64,000 bases of DNA, from positions 3,868 to 67,867 of the IMG/VR virus record IMGVR_UViG_3300045988_142996. One strand, 5' to 3'. This DNA is from a virus. The notes under the pieces are model-generated. The model had not been told where the DNA came from. It saw only the letters and a list, made by a program, of their open reading frames with translations, and did no database searches. Each line of letters starts with the position of its first letter. Position 1 is the first letter of the stretch. Made by a program: the position numbers and the translations under genes. Of this stretch, positions 18,895 to 27,474 are shown piece by piece.

Positions 18895-20163
18895 TCATAT
18901 CCTGCTGGCCGCGGCCCGAGCCAGAAGCCGGTCCACCGTTTCCTTGCCGCCTGCCATGGCGGTATTCTGCGCCTCTTCCGGGCTCTGGTTCAGGTTCTTG
19001 TTGCTCAACTCATCCGCACGCGGGTCTTTCGAGGGCTTCAGCCCGATCACCTGCCGGAACTCGTTGGAGCTCATGATCTCGTTGCGGGTAAACTTGTCCG
19101 CCATCTCGGCCACCGTACCAATGGGTGCCAGCTTGAACGGGTCACGGAAGAACAGGATGCTCTGGCCTTGACTTCTTGCGGTCTTGGTCAGGAACTTCCG
19201 CTTCATCTCGTCCACGATCGCGCTGATGATAGGCTCCACGATGCGGTTGTAGTAGTTGGTCATCGCCGCCTCGTCCGCTGTCCCGTTCATGATCTCGATG
19301 GTAATACCCAATTGACTGTAAAACATGTTCGTCAGGTATTCGATCTGCTTCAGAAGGTTGTTTTCGAGGCTGCGATTCAACTGCGTCACCCGCTCGGTGC
19401 CGTCCGTCCACGCAATGCCGTATTTCGAGTCCCGGAGCTGCTCTTCGATCTCCCGCCGGCGCTTGTTTGCCTGCTCTCTGCGGGCTTCACTCTTCACCAC
19501 ATAGGGCAGCTGAATGATCAGGTCCAGCTTTCCGGCACCGGCCTGCTCGTCTACCACGTCCAGAAGGCTCAGCTTCCGGATCAGGCGCTGCATCGTGCTG
19601 TTCGGCTCGTTCATAATGGCGTAGAACGGGTTCTCGATCAGCGCCACGGTCTTTTTCGGCAGAACCAGTTCTTCCTTCTGGCCGGTCCGGTCGTTGTAAA
19701 GCCGCACCCGTACGTGTTCGGGGTACCATTCCAGCACCTTACCCACCCGCATGGAGTAGATCTTGTAGCCACTGCTCTTGCTGGGGTCGTAGTCCGCTTC
19801 CACCGGCACCACGGCCACCACACCCTCGTCCAGCATGCTCATCACAATGTCCTGAATGAGCCCCCGCCCGGTCTGGTCGATGTTGGCTTCTAAATTCAGG
19901 CAAGAATTAAGGCCCGAATCGATGACCGAATCAAACCGGCCATTGTCATCGAGCCTTACATGCTGTATCGTGATGGCGCTGCAGTCCATCGAAATGCGGT
20001 TGTATACGCTGGTCACAAAAGTGCGTTCGTTGCCACGCGTCAGCCGCACCCGGTCAGGCCGGTAGCTGTACCCGCCTGCATATCCTCCAAAGTTCGGGGG
20101 AGGGTCCCGGTTCAGAAAAGCGTTCCAGGCGTGCTTCAGCCGGGAACCAAGATTCATTTCCAT
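18895..20163 (-). CDS. Portal protein
   Basis: About 422 aa, between the terminase region and the protease-capsid gene. ATG at 20163 (MEMNLGSRLKHAWNAF...). Portal family not determined. Confidence 0.7.
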   Translation of the reverse strand: MEMNLGSRLKHAWNAFLNRDPPPNFGGYAGGYSYRPDRVRLTRGNERTFVTSVYNRISMDCSAITIQHVRLDDNGRFDSVIDSGLNSCLNLEANIDQTGRGLIQDIVMSMLDEGVVAVVPVEADYDPSKSSGYKIYSMRVGKVLEWYPEHVRVRLYNDRTGQKEELVLPKKTVALIENPFYAIMNEPNSTMQRLIRKLSLLDVVDEQAGAGKLDLIIQLPYVVKSEARREQANKRRREIEEQLRDSKYGIAWTDGTERVTQLNRSLENNLLKQIEYLTNMFYSQLGITIEIMNGTADEAAMTNYYNRIVEPIISAIVDEMKRKFLTKTARSQGQSILFFRDPFKLAPIGTVAEMADKFTRNEIMSSNEFRQVIGLKPSKDPRADELSNKNLNQSPEEAQNTAMAGGKETVDRLLARAAASRI

Positions 20164-20198
20164 TTTGAATTTTCCCTTCCTCAAAAGCGCAGGAGTGG

Positions 20199-20657
20199 TT
20201 AAACCAGCATGCTACGATCATAGCGTTCGCTGGTTACTTTCATAACTGCCGAGATTGCTGTAGCGGCCATTCCTTTTTGAATCACTTGAGAATCAACAAT
20301 GTTTTTTCCAATTTTTGTCACGGCTCCATAGTTATTGTAGAGCGTATTGATGGTTCCAAGTGCCGTTGCTGCTGTTCCTGCAATCCCGATTGCCTGCTTA
20401 ATCCTATCTGGTTTTGCAATCAAGGATTCATACTGTTTTTCTTTTTGCAAACGGTTGATTTTTGCATTAAGCTCCGAATCGCTCAATTCTCTGACGCTCT
20501 TTTTCTCGTGTGCGTGGGTATAGTCAGGGTGGTCATTCTGCTGATATCTCTTTTTGCCTTCTGCTGTTAAGCTGCCATCCTTATTCTGATAGCGTCGGGC
20601 ACCCCACTTCTGACCTTTGATGCCCCAATGATAAAGTTCATCATTATATATGGTCAT
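20199..20657 (-). CDS. Small protein with an N-terminal ELYHWGIKGQKWGARR motif and a C-terminal glycine-zipper hydrophobic segment
   Basis: AAAGGAGG lies 6 nt before the ATG at 20657. Motif at residues 6-22; LSDSELNAKINRLQKEKQYESL helix; IGIAGTAATALGTINTL hydrophobic stretch. Confidence 0.7.
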   Translation of the reverse strand: MTIYNDELYHWGIKGQKWGARRYQNKDGSLTAEGKKRYQQNDHPDYTHAHEKKSVRELSDSELNAKINRLQKEKQYESLIAKPDRIKQAIGIAGTAATALGTINTLYNNYGAVTKIGKNIVDSQVIQKGMAATAISAVMKVTSERYDRSMLV

Positions 20658-20726
20658 ATTCCACCTCCTTTGCCGATAAACAAAAAGCGCACCAGCAATG
20701 AAGCTGATGCGCTCTGTCAAAAGTAT

Positions 20727-20933
20727 TTACGGGATAATATCCAAAATGGACTCGCACATTTTTCCGATTTCGTTCGGGAAATAATTGTCATCCAGACCTC
20801 GGTATTCAAGTTCGTCGCCGACCCGCTCTTCGATATCCGCCCATTCATCAGAAAAATCATTGATTTTAGTATAATCGTAGTTGAGCCCCAAACTTCTTAA
20901 AAACTCAATCTGTTTCTCGGTAAGCATACTCAA
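20727..20933 (-). CDS. Small acidic protein, candidate immunity/antitoxin for the upstream toxin-like gene
   Basis: 68 aa with about 17 D/E versus 6 K/R by my count. Its start abuts the stop of 20934..21422. Confidence 0.55.
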   Translation of the reverse strand: MSMLTEKQIEFLRSLGLNYDYTKINDFSDEWADIEERVGDELEYRGLDDNYFPNEIGKMCESILDIIP

Positions 20934-21422
20934 TCACCTTTTCGTGTATTTTCGGATTGCGTCATGCCCTGTTTTCCAAACAGTTGTGATGCACCCGTTC
21001 TCTGGATTTACATTTACCGTTGCGTACTGTCCAATGAATCGCTGGCTTGGCTGGCCTTTTTCATTGTAGCGTACTTTTATTTTATCAGCATTTAATGGCT
21101 TTTGCAATGCATCCAGCATACCGTCAAGAGTAACCTGTCGTGTTTTATCCTGTGTGCGAGCCAAGGCATGAATCGAGAGTCCTTTTACAAGTACACCATT
21201 TGATGTATAGAACGGTTTTCGGAATTTCCGTGCCGCTCGAGCCTCAATTGAATACCGATCATGCTCAAGCTGCTCTTTCGTTCTCCGCACACCCCACTTC
21301 ATACCCTTAATGCCGTAGTGCCACAGCTCTTGAGTACCATCAGTCCATCTCCACATTTGGTGGCATCCTCTTTCTATCTGTTCTATTGCGTTTGTAACCA
21401 TCCACGTGTTATACTTATTCAA
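20934..21422 (-). CDS. Toxin-like protein: N-terminal ELWHYGIKGMKWGVRR motif plus a C-terminal DUF4258/RelE-like (BECR-fold) domain
   Basis: C-terminus LSIHALARTQDKTRQVTLDGMLDALQKP...GQPSQRFIGQYATVNVNPENGCITTVWKT follows the H-x3-R-x3-R ... G-x-(I/V)-T-(V/W) pattern of DUF4258-type RNase toxins. The start codon is uncertain (TTG at 21422 or ATG at 21401). Confidence 0.55.
   Translation of the reverse strand: MNKYNTWMVTNAIEQIERGCHQMWRWTDGTQELWHYGIKGMKWGVRRTKEQLEHDRYSIEARAARKFRKPFYTSNGVLVKGLSIHALARTQDKTRQVTLDGMLDALQKPLNADKIKVRYNEKGQPSQRFIGQYATVNVNPENGCITTVWKTGHDAIRKYTKR
21386..21415 (+). promoter_or_regulatory. Sigma-A-type promoter for the plus-strand two-gene cassette
   Basis: TTGCGT (21386..21391), 18-nt spacer, TATACT (21410..21415), about 45 nt upstream of the ATG at 21463, which has a GAGGAGG RBS. 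Confidence 0.45.
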
Positions 21423-21462
21423 ACCACTTTTTGCGATTATTTAACTCGAGGAGGTTCAGATC

Positions 21463-22518
21463 ATGTCCGATTCCGAAATGCTTTCCACTCAGTCTTCCAG
21501 CTGCGAGATCACATTATGTGATATTCCACTGGACTTCGGCGATGCAATGCGATTCCATAAAATTGAATTTCCTGAGCAAGCCGGACTTGCGGCCAACTTG
21601 CTTCTTCGGCTTGTTCCTGCTGAACTCGCAGTGGGGGCAGCATCGAGCACCTATGTTCTTCGGTTTCCAAAAGGTATTCAGGGTTCTCTTATGAACTTGC
21701 ATCAGGGTGGACAGTCTACCGTTATGAAGGATGCTACCGGACATTTTGTAGGAACTGCATCGTTATATCGCACTGATCCGGTATCACTGGCAACTTTCCA
21801 GGTGTTTAGCATTGCATCTTTTGCGACAGGACAGTATTTTCTTGCAGACATCAGCTCAAAACTCACCGAAGTCAATAAGAAGCTAGATGACCTTCTTGCA
21901 TTTCTGCAGACCTCAAAGCGCACAGAACTTCTCTCCGAGCTGACGTTTGTGAAATATGCATTGGCAAATTATTCAACGATTATGCTTAATGATGCTCAGT
22001 GCATTGCAACGATTGGAAATCTTCAGCGTGCAAAAACCAAAGCGATTGCTGATATAGAGTTTTATACCGAGCAGCTCGAGAGTGCAGTCGCTGGCAAGTC
22101 GAATGAGAGCCAAGCTCAAATTGTTTTGCAGAATAAGCAGGGGGTTGATCTCGCCTCTCAACTTTATGCTATCAGCGGAATTATGGAAACCTACTATTCA
22201 CAAAATTGGAACGAGTCCTATCTTGCAAATATCAAAGCGGATGCCAAACCTCTTTTCGCTCTTACGCAAAACCGCATGATTGGTGCTTTGAGAACATTCT
22301 CTGATAAGGTGACCAAAGAGCTTGAGGCCCGGAAGAAAAATCCTCTTACTAAAAACGAGGTTTCCAAAAAAGAGTGCGAAGTTCTGCGAGTATGTGACGC
22401 TCTAAATTCTCAAGCTGAATCTCCGCTTCTTATTTTGATGACGGATGCTCTGAATAAGCCTTCAAGGGAAACAGAGCTTTATCTTCGTCCAGACGGTAGT
22501 GTCTACCAAAAGATTTAA
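21463..22518 (+). CDS. Hypothetical 351-aa protein, gene A of the plus-strand moron (helical, one hydrophobic helix)
   Basis: Strong RBS. It runs opposite to the whole structural operon. N-terminal LVPAELAVGAASSTYVLRFPKGIQGSLMNL...; hydrophobic FQVFSIASFATGQYFL; long helical remainder. No family recognised. Confidence 0.75.
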   Translation: MSDSEMLSTQSSSCEITLCDIPLDFGDAMRFHKIEFPEQAGLAANLLLRLVPAELAVGAASSTYVLRFPKGIQGSLMNLHQGGQSTVMKDATGHFVGTASLYRTDPVSLATFQVFSIASFATGQYFLADISSKLTEVNKKLDDLLAFLQTSKRTELLSELTFVKYALANYSTIMLNDAQCIATIGNLQRAKTKAIADIEFYTEQLESAVAGKSNESQAQIVLQNKQGVDLASQLYAISGIMETYYSQNWNESYLANIKADAKPLFALTQNRMIGALRTFSDKVTKELEARKKNPLTKNEVSKKECEVLRVCDALNSQAESPLLILMTDALNKPSRETELYLRPDGSVYQKI

Positions 22519-22550
22519 TCATCGTGAGGAAAAATAGAAAGGAGCATTTC

Positions 22551-23084
22551 ATGACTGTCGTTTGTCCCAGCTGCGGAAAGAAACTTCAAGTTCTCGATGA
22601 CAAACCAACGAATGGAAAATGCGGAAGTTGCGGTGTCTCTTTCACCGTTGAGTACACGGCTGACGAAACCGCCATTGTTTCAGTCAAGACAGAAAAGACA
22701 TTTTGGGAAAAACATCCTAAAATAGCTAAGGGCTTCGCAGCTGTATTGGGAGTTGGCTTTTTAGCCGGTGTGACTTGGCTTGCCGTCAAACCTAAAATCG
22801 ACGAGTTCGCCAATGATTCTCCCATAGTAGAAGACAATCAGTCTGATACAGCCCCCACTGCCACTTGCGTTGAAGTTAATAATGACAAGGCGCAGGATGA
22901 TGCCACTTATGAGCAAAAAGAAATTCCTGTAAGCGGTGGCAAAGTGAAACTATCCGGAAATCGTCATGCATCTCAAAAGAAACGTGAAACAGCTGCTGAA
23001 AATGGTTATGCAGATTTAGCACCCGATGAAACCTGGCGTGTTCCGTCAACGAGGGTTATTGAAACCCCAGTCAAAGAATCTTGA
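22551..23084 (+). CDS. Zinc-ribbon plus single-TM membrane protein, gene B of the plus-strand moron
   Basis: CPSCGKK...CGSCG zinc ribbon; TM segment GFAAVLGVGFLAGVTWLAV; low-complexity C-terminal tail. AAAGGAG 7 nt before the ATG at 22551. Its stop abuts the TerL stop. Confidence 0.7.
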   Translation: MTVVCPSCGKKLQVLDDKPTNGKCGSCGVSFTVEYTADETAIVSVKTEKTFWEKHPKIAKGFAAVLGVGFLAGVTWLAVKPKIDEFANDSPIVEDNQSDTAPTATCVEVNNDKAQDDATYEQKEIPVSGGKVKLSGNRHASQKKRETAAENGYADLAPDETWRVPSTRVIETPVKES

Positions 23085-24830
23085 TCACTCAAACGCATCC
23101 CGGTTATTCTTATAAGCTACATACGCATCCATCATAGCGGCAACCGCATCGATCTTCTGATCATACCTCTGTTTCAGAAGCTTGCGGTTGCCGTTTGTGT
23201 CTTCCAGGGTAATGCAGTTGCCCATAGCAAATTGCATCAGTTGCTCGTCAAACAGCAGTTTTCGCTGTTCGCTCAGCTTCTTCAGCTCGCCCAGCGGCAC
23301 GCTCTCTGTCTTTGCGCCCTGGATCACCTTCTCGATGGCATACTCGCCGTTCTCTCTGGCCCATCGTTCCACAAAGTCCTTTGCGTTATAGGGGTCGTAG
23401 CCGAAAGACCGTACGTCGTACCCGCTGTTCTCGATAAAGTGGTCAAGGTCGTCGTACACTTCCATCATGTCCAGCACGGTGCCTTCCAGCACCACAAGTG
23501 TTCCCTCCCGCATGAACTCGTCATACTTCTGCCGCATTGCAATGGGCAGCTTCGAGAGGGTGTAGCTCGTAATGTAGTCCCTCGTCTTCACGCCGAAATA
23601 TCCGTGCTCCATCGGGAACAGGAAGGTAAACGCGCAAAAGTCGTCGCCCTGGCTGAGGTCTGCGCCCATGCTGCACGCCATCTGCCAGAAGTCCCGGTGC
23701 CGGTGCGGCAGGGTCTCCTCGTAGGGGAAGAAGTAGGTGTAACCCTCCATCGGGATGCCGAAGCGCTTTGCCAGGATGTCATTCCGGCTGGCAGGAGCCT
23801 TCTCGGCGCGTTCAACGTCCAGCTGGTAGGCTTCGTAGCTCACTGTGGCTCCCAGGTTCGGGTTCGCCTTCACCCACATGCTGGGGTCATTTACCTCGTC
23901 GATGCTGTCCAGCTTGTAGTACCAGATGGACACATGCGGGTTCACATAGTCGCCCTTCAGGATGCTCATCAATTCCATTTTGATGTCGTCACCGCAGCCG
24001 TTGCGCACCGTGCCCTCGCTGCTGGTGGCTACGATCAGGTAATCCTCCACCTTGCAGCTACCCTGCTCGATAGCGCCAATGGGGTCTTCCCGGATGGGGC
24101 ACGAGAGCCATTCATCCACTGTGGCCACCTTGTCTCTCCGTCCCTGCAGCTTGTCGATGCTCATGGGGCGGATTTCCAAAAGGCTGTTGGTCAGGAAGTT
24201 CTCGATGCCCTTCTTCGTGCTGGCCAGCTTCACCCGCGCCGACTGGGAGCCGGTAGTGTTCTGCATGCTGCCTTCGGTCATAAAACGGTACAGCGGACCG
24301 CGGCTCCGCGCCAGTGCCGTGCGGATGGGGCTCAGCACCTCTTCCGCCTGCTTCATGGTGGGAGCCGTCGTGATCTGTTGCGTCGTGTGTCCGTCCACTG
24401 CAAGGAAGTATTGCTGGATGCAGCTGTCGTAGATGCTCTTTGCCGCGCCTCGTGCCACGATCAGATACTGCTTGCGGACAAGGCGGTGCTTGATGCGCTT
24501 CTGGATGTACCTGCCGCCATGGCCGTCGGGGTTGGGCTTGTAGATGGTGCGTTCTTCAAAGTAGTACCATCCGAAGATTTCCTCCGCCCATAGCTTGAAG
24601 GTGTCCAGCAACTTCATGTCACTGCCGTCGGTCAGGGTCAGTTCCCGTTCACAGAACTTCACAAAGCCATCCATGGCCTTGTCGTCGTAGTAGATACCCG
24701 GATTTGCGATAAGATCATCGATCCGGTTCATCTCCATGGAGATTTCCCTGCAGACAGGAATTTCGCCTCGCAGCACGGCCTCCCGGAAACGGCCGTAATA
24801 TTTTGGCGTAGCCGTGTTCGAGAGTGCCAT
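23085..24830 (-). CDS. terL: Terminase large subunit (Terminase_1-like)
   Basis: 581 aa. ...RKQYLIVARGAAKS (Walker A-like)... and a C-terminal nuclease-like half. Typical size and position. Confidence 0.85.
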   Translation of the reverse strand: MALSNTATPKYYGRFREAVLRGEIPVCREISMEMNRIDDLIANPGIYYDDKAMDGFVKFCERELTLTDGSDMKLLDTFKLWAEEIFGWYYFEERTIYKPNPDGHGGRYIQKRIKHRLVRKQYLIVARGAAKSIYDSCIQQYFLAVDGHTTQQITTAPTMKQAEEVLSPIRTALARSRGPLYRFMTEGSMQNTTGSQSARVKLASTKKGIENFLTNSLLEIRPMSIDKLQGRRDKVATVDEWLSCPIREDPIGAIEQGSCKVEDYLIVATSSEGTVRNGCGDDIKMELMSILKGDYVNPHVSIWYYKLDSIDEVNDPSMWVKANPNLGATVSYEAYQLDVERAEKAPASRNDILAKRFGIPMEGYTYFFPYEETLPHRHRDFWQMACSMGADLSQGDDFCAFTFLFPMEHGYFGVKTRDYITSYTLSKLPIAMRQKYDEFMREGTLVVLEGTVLDMMEVYDDLDHFIENSGYDVRSFGYDPYNAKDFVERWARENGEYAIEKVIQGAKTESVPLGELKKLSEQRKLLFDEQLMQFAMGNCITLEDTNGNRKLLKQRYDQKIDAVAAMMDAYVAYKNNRDAFE

Positions 24831-24918
24831 GGTTTATGCTCCTATCAGATTTTCCCGATCATCCACCAATGCCGATTAAGATACACCGGCTTTAGTCCGT
24901 CATGCTTAGCCTCCTAGC

Positions 24919-26046
24919 TTACCGCTTGTCCTGCTGGGCCAGCAGCTGGGTCTCGGTCAGCAGTTCGGCAAGGGTGGGGTAGTGGTAGCCGGTGAGCCAG
25001 ATCTCTACGGTGTAGCCGCCGGTCGACGTTTCTGTTGCAAAGTGCAGGGTCCCGTTTGTCTGGAAAGTCGTGTTGGATGCGAAAATTCCAGTGCCATTTC
25101 CGTAGTTATGATTGGCGGTGCAGCCTTTTGCAATGTCTACTTCCTCGCCGTACCCGCCGGTACTGCTGTTATATTTCGTCTTGACGTGCACGTAGTCCAG
25201 GCCGTCTGGCATTTTGATATCGTAGGTCTTCCACCTTTTTCCGGTTTCTTCGTAGTGGTTCCACACCAGCCGGGGCTCCGACTTTACCGCCACGGCGGCA
25301 GCGATCTTATCATTGAGGGTCTTGCCGCTGAGGGTGCCGTCCGGGGCAATGTCCAGATAGTCGCCCACCTTGACGCCGCCCAGCTGGGCCGCCGTGGCGG
25401 CAGGCAGGGCGCACTGCTCTGCTGCAGACAGCGTGCCGTCAGGGGCAATATTCAAGCCAGTTCCTACTTTAACGCCGCCCAGCGTGGTTGCCGTGGCGGC
25501 AGGCAGGGCGTACTGCTCTGCTGCAGACAGCGTGCCGTCAGGGGCAATATTCAAGCCAGTTCCTACTTTAACGCCGCCAAGCGTGGTTGCCGTGGCCGGC
25601 GGCAAGGTGTAGGGCGTAGTACCCACGGCCAATGGTCCAAATGCCATTAAAAGGTCCTCCCTTATGATGTAATAGTATGCAGCCAACGCCGCCGTGGGGA
25701 TATGCTTTGCTCGCAAACGGAGCACGCCGGGCAGACTTTCAGAGCTAGAGAGAAAACATGCTGTCTCTGCGACATTTTGACCTGCCGGAGTAATTTCGAC
25801 TGCCACCACATCGTTCTCCGTCAGACCAGAGACAGGGATGTCCACATAATATGGATAACCATAATCCCCGTCTTGCTGCCAGCCTGTGGTCGGGATGGTG
25901 AAAGCAGTAAGTGCAACCTTATCTGCCTTGGCCTTGTCCAATGCTGAAACTGCACCAGACACAGTGACCGTCAGCGTGCTCAACTCCTGCAGCACTCGCT
26001 CCGAAACATCTCGCAGGCCGGCCAGAATGGTCTGAAAGCTACTCAT
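24919..26046 (-). CDS. Fibre protein with three LGGVKVG-x-GL-x-IAPDGTLS repeats
   Basis: 375 aa. The tandem 33-aa repeats (LPAATATTLGGVKVGTGLNIAPDGTLSAAEQ) are typical of phage fibre proteins. Confidence 0.75.
   Translation of the reverse strand: MSSFQTILAGLRDVSERVLQELSTLTVTVSGAVSALDKAKADKVALTAFTIPTTGWQQDGDYGYPYYVDIPVSGLTENDVVAVEITPAGQNVAETACFLSSSESLPGVLRLRAKHIPTAALAAYYYIIREDLLMAFGPLAVGTTPYTLPPATATTLGGVKVGTGLNIAPDGTLSAAEQYALPAATATTLGGVKVGTGLNIAPDGTLSAAEQCALPAATAAQLGGVKVGDYLDIAPDGTLSGKTLNDKIAAAVAVKSEPRLVWNHYEETGKRWKTYDIKMPDGLDYVHVKTKYNSSTGGYGEEVDIAKGCTANHNYGNGTGIFASNTTFQTNGTLHFATETSTGGYTVEIWLTGYHYPTLAELLTETQLLAQQDKR
25327..25611. repeat. Tandem 99-bp repeat, about 3 copies (two nearly identical), inside the fibre gene
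   Basis: ctgctctgctgcagacagcgtgccgtcaggggcaatattcaagccagttcctactttaacgccgcc recurs at 25414 and 25513 (period 99). Confidence 0.9.
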
Positions 26047-26049
26047 TGA

Positions 26050-26994
26050 TTATGCCTCCGCAAATACCTCGTCCAGCATGGCCTTCACCTCGGCGGAAGT
26101 TGCCAGGACCAGGCCATCGAGCTTGGTCTTATCGGCGGCAGACATCAGACCTGCATTGGTAGCAGTAGCCTCGCCATAGGAAACGAGAGGCTGCCAGGTG
26201 CCATCGCCACGCAGGAACTTACCCTGTGCCCCGGCAGGAGGTGCGGGTACCAGACCGTTTGTGCCAGCAGCAGAAGACGTTGCACCGCTCATGGGAGAAT
26301 AGGTAGTATTGGTGCCAGGAATGCCCAGACCTGTAATATCCTCCTTCGTCACCGGCGCAACTTCGGTAACATGACCGTAGGCATCCACCGTCACCTTGTA
26401 CAGGCCGCTGCTTCGTGCCGTATAAGTCGGATGGGTGTACTTGTTTGCACCCTCGGCAATCCCGGCCAGCTTGGCACTCTCAGCATCGGTCATCAGACGC
26501 TTGCCGTTTTCTTTCTGCACATAACCGCTCAGGTCAACGGTGGTGTCGTCCAGCTGCTCCATGGTGTAGCTACCGTTTGTGCCCTTGATCTTGGCGTAGA
26601 TGTCGTAGTGCTTGGTCTTGGGGTTCAGCACCAGGTACATCACGTTTTCGGTGGCACTGTCCACACCGGGTACGGTATCAACCTTCTGGAAGCTGGCATG
26701 GCCAGTCTTGGCGATGGCCGTCTGAATAGCAGATGCCACCTGTGCGCTGGTCTGCCAAGAGCTATCATTGGTCAGCTGACTGGTCTTGGTGGGCACGGTA
26801 ATATCCACAGCCTTGGCGTTGACTGCCTGTGCCTGACCATTGACCTTGATGGTCTCGATGACGTTTGCCTGACCACCTTTGTTTTCCAGAGCCTTCACGC
26901 GTGCCTTCAGTGCTTCGTCTCTTGCTTTCTGGCGATTTGCCAGGTCCTGAAGGTCACGCAGTTCAGGAATATGCGATAAATCGTAAGTTGCCAT
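26050..26994 (-). CDS. Fibre / head-fibre-like structural protein
   Basis: 314 aa. N-terminal coiled coil, SQLTNDSSW motif, GLVPAPP...KFLRGDGTWQ, NAGLMSAADKTKLD. C-terminal ATSAEVKAMLDEVFAEA tail. Confidence 0.7.
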   Translation of the reverse strand: MATYDLSHIPELRDLQDLANRQKARDEALKARVKALENKGGQANVIETIKVNGQAQAVNAKAVDITVPTKTSQLTNDSSWQTSAQVASAIQTAIAKTGHASFQKVDTVPGVDSATENVMYLVLNPKTKHYDIYAKIKGTNGSYTMEQLDDTTVDLSGYVQKENGKRLMTDAESAKLAGIAEGANKYTHPTYTARSSGLYKVTVDAYGHVTEVAPVTKEDITGLGIPGTNTTYSPMSGATSSAAGTNGLVPAPPAGAQGKFLRGDGTWQPLVSYGEATATNAGLMSAADKTKLDGLVLATSAEVKAMLDEVFAEA

Positions 26995-27470
26995 TAGTCT
27001 TCCTCCTTAAAAATCTCATCCAACATTTCTTTTACTTCTTCGGCACTTGCAACCCGGATGTTGATTCCGGCCACTTCTCTCACAAATGCCTCCCACGCCG
27101 GTGTTCCGGGCCGAGGAAGCTGTCCATCTTCTGTTCCACTATTTGCAGCAACAATATACATGAGGTCCGCACTGGTGATCGTCACACCGTCACCATCGGT
27201 CCCCTCGAAAGTGCATACGCCCTTTCCTGCATTTTGTGTCACGATATCCGGAACGTCAACGAACCCATCCTTTACCAGGGATGTCCCCAGCGTTTTCCCA
27301 CATGCAGTATGCCAACAGACCCGCACAGTAAGGTTCTCCCATTCACCACGAGGGTCTATGGCAAGACGGTAAACTCCACGATTTCCGGCGTATCCGAGTG
27401 CCAAAGCAATCGTATTGCCGGGCGGTTGGGCCGTCCCATTTGAGCGCAGCGTGACAGCAAGATCTATCAT
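26994..27470 (-). CDS. Hypothetical structural protein sharing the C-terminal SAEEVKxMLDExF tail
   Basis: The ATG at 27470 follows the upstream TGA by 4 nt. Ends ...RVASAEEVKEMLDEIFKEED. The longer ORF-track start (27707) overlaps the upstream gene. Confidence 0.6.
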   Translation of the reverse strand: MIDLAVTLRSNGTAQPPGNTIALALGYAGNRGVYRLAIDPRGEWENLTVRVCWHTACGKTLGTSLVKDGFVDVPDIVTQNAGKGVCTFEGTDGDGVTITSADLMYIVAANSGTEDGQLPRPGTPAWEAFVREVAGINIRVASAEEVKEMLDEIFKEED

Positions 27471-27474
27471 GTCG

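Noticed and set aside
17365-19893. 842-aa plus-strand ORF, along with similar long plus-strand ORFs at 4198..5406, 7097..7879, 23232..24593, 31776..33008, 44851..46110, 47426..48643 and 52190..53104.
   Set aside because: All are antisense shadows of well-supported minus-strand genes (capsid, portal, TerL, polymerase and others). Their translations are low-complexity and rich in R, H, G, L and V, they have no RBS, and they show no recognisable motifs.
25327-25611. Diversity-generating retroelement (template/variable repeat pair) in the fibre gene.
   Set aside because: The repeats are tandem and in frame. There is no reverse transcriptase gene anywhere in the genome, and no adenine-specific mismatch pattern.
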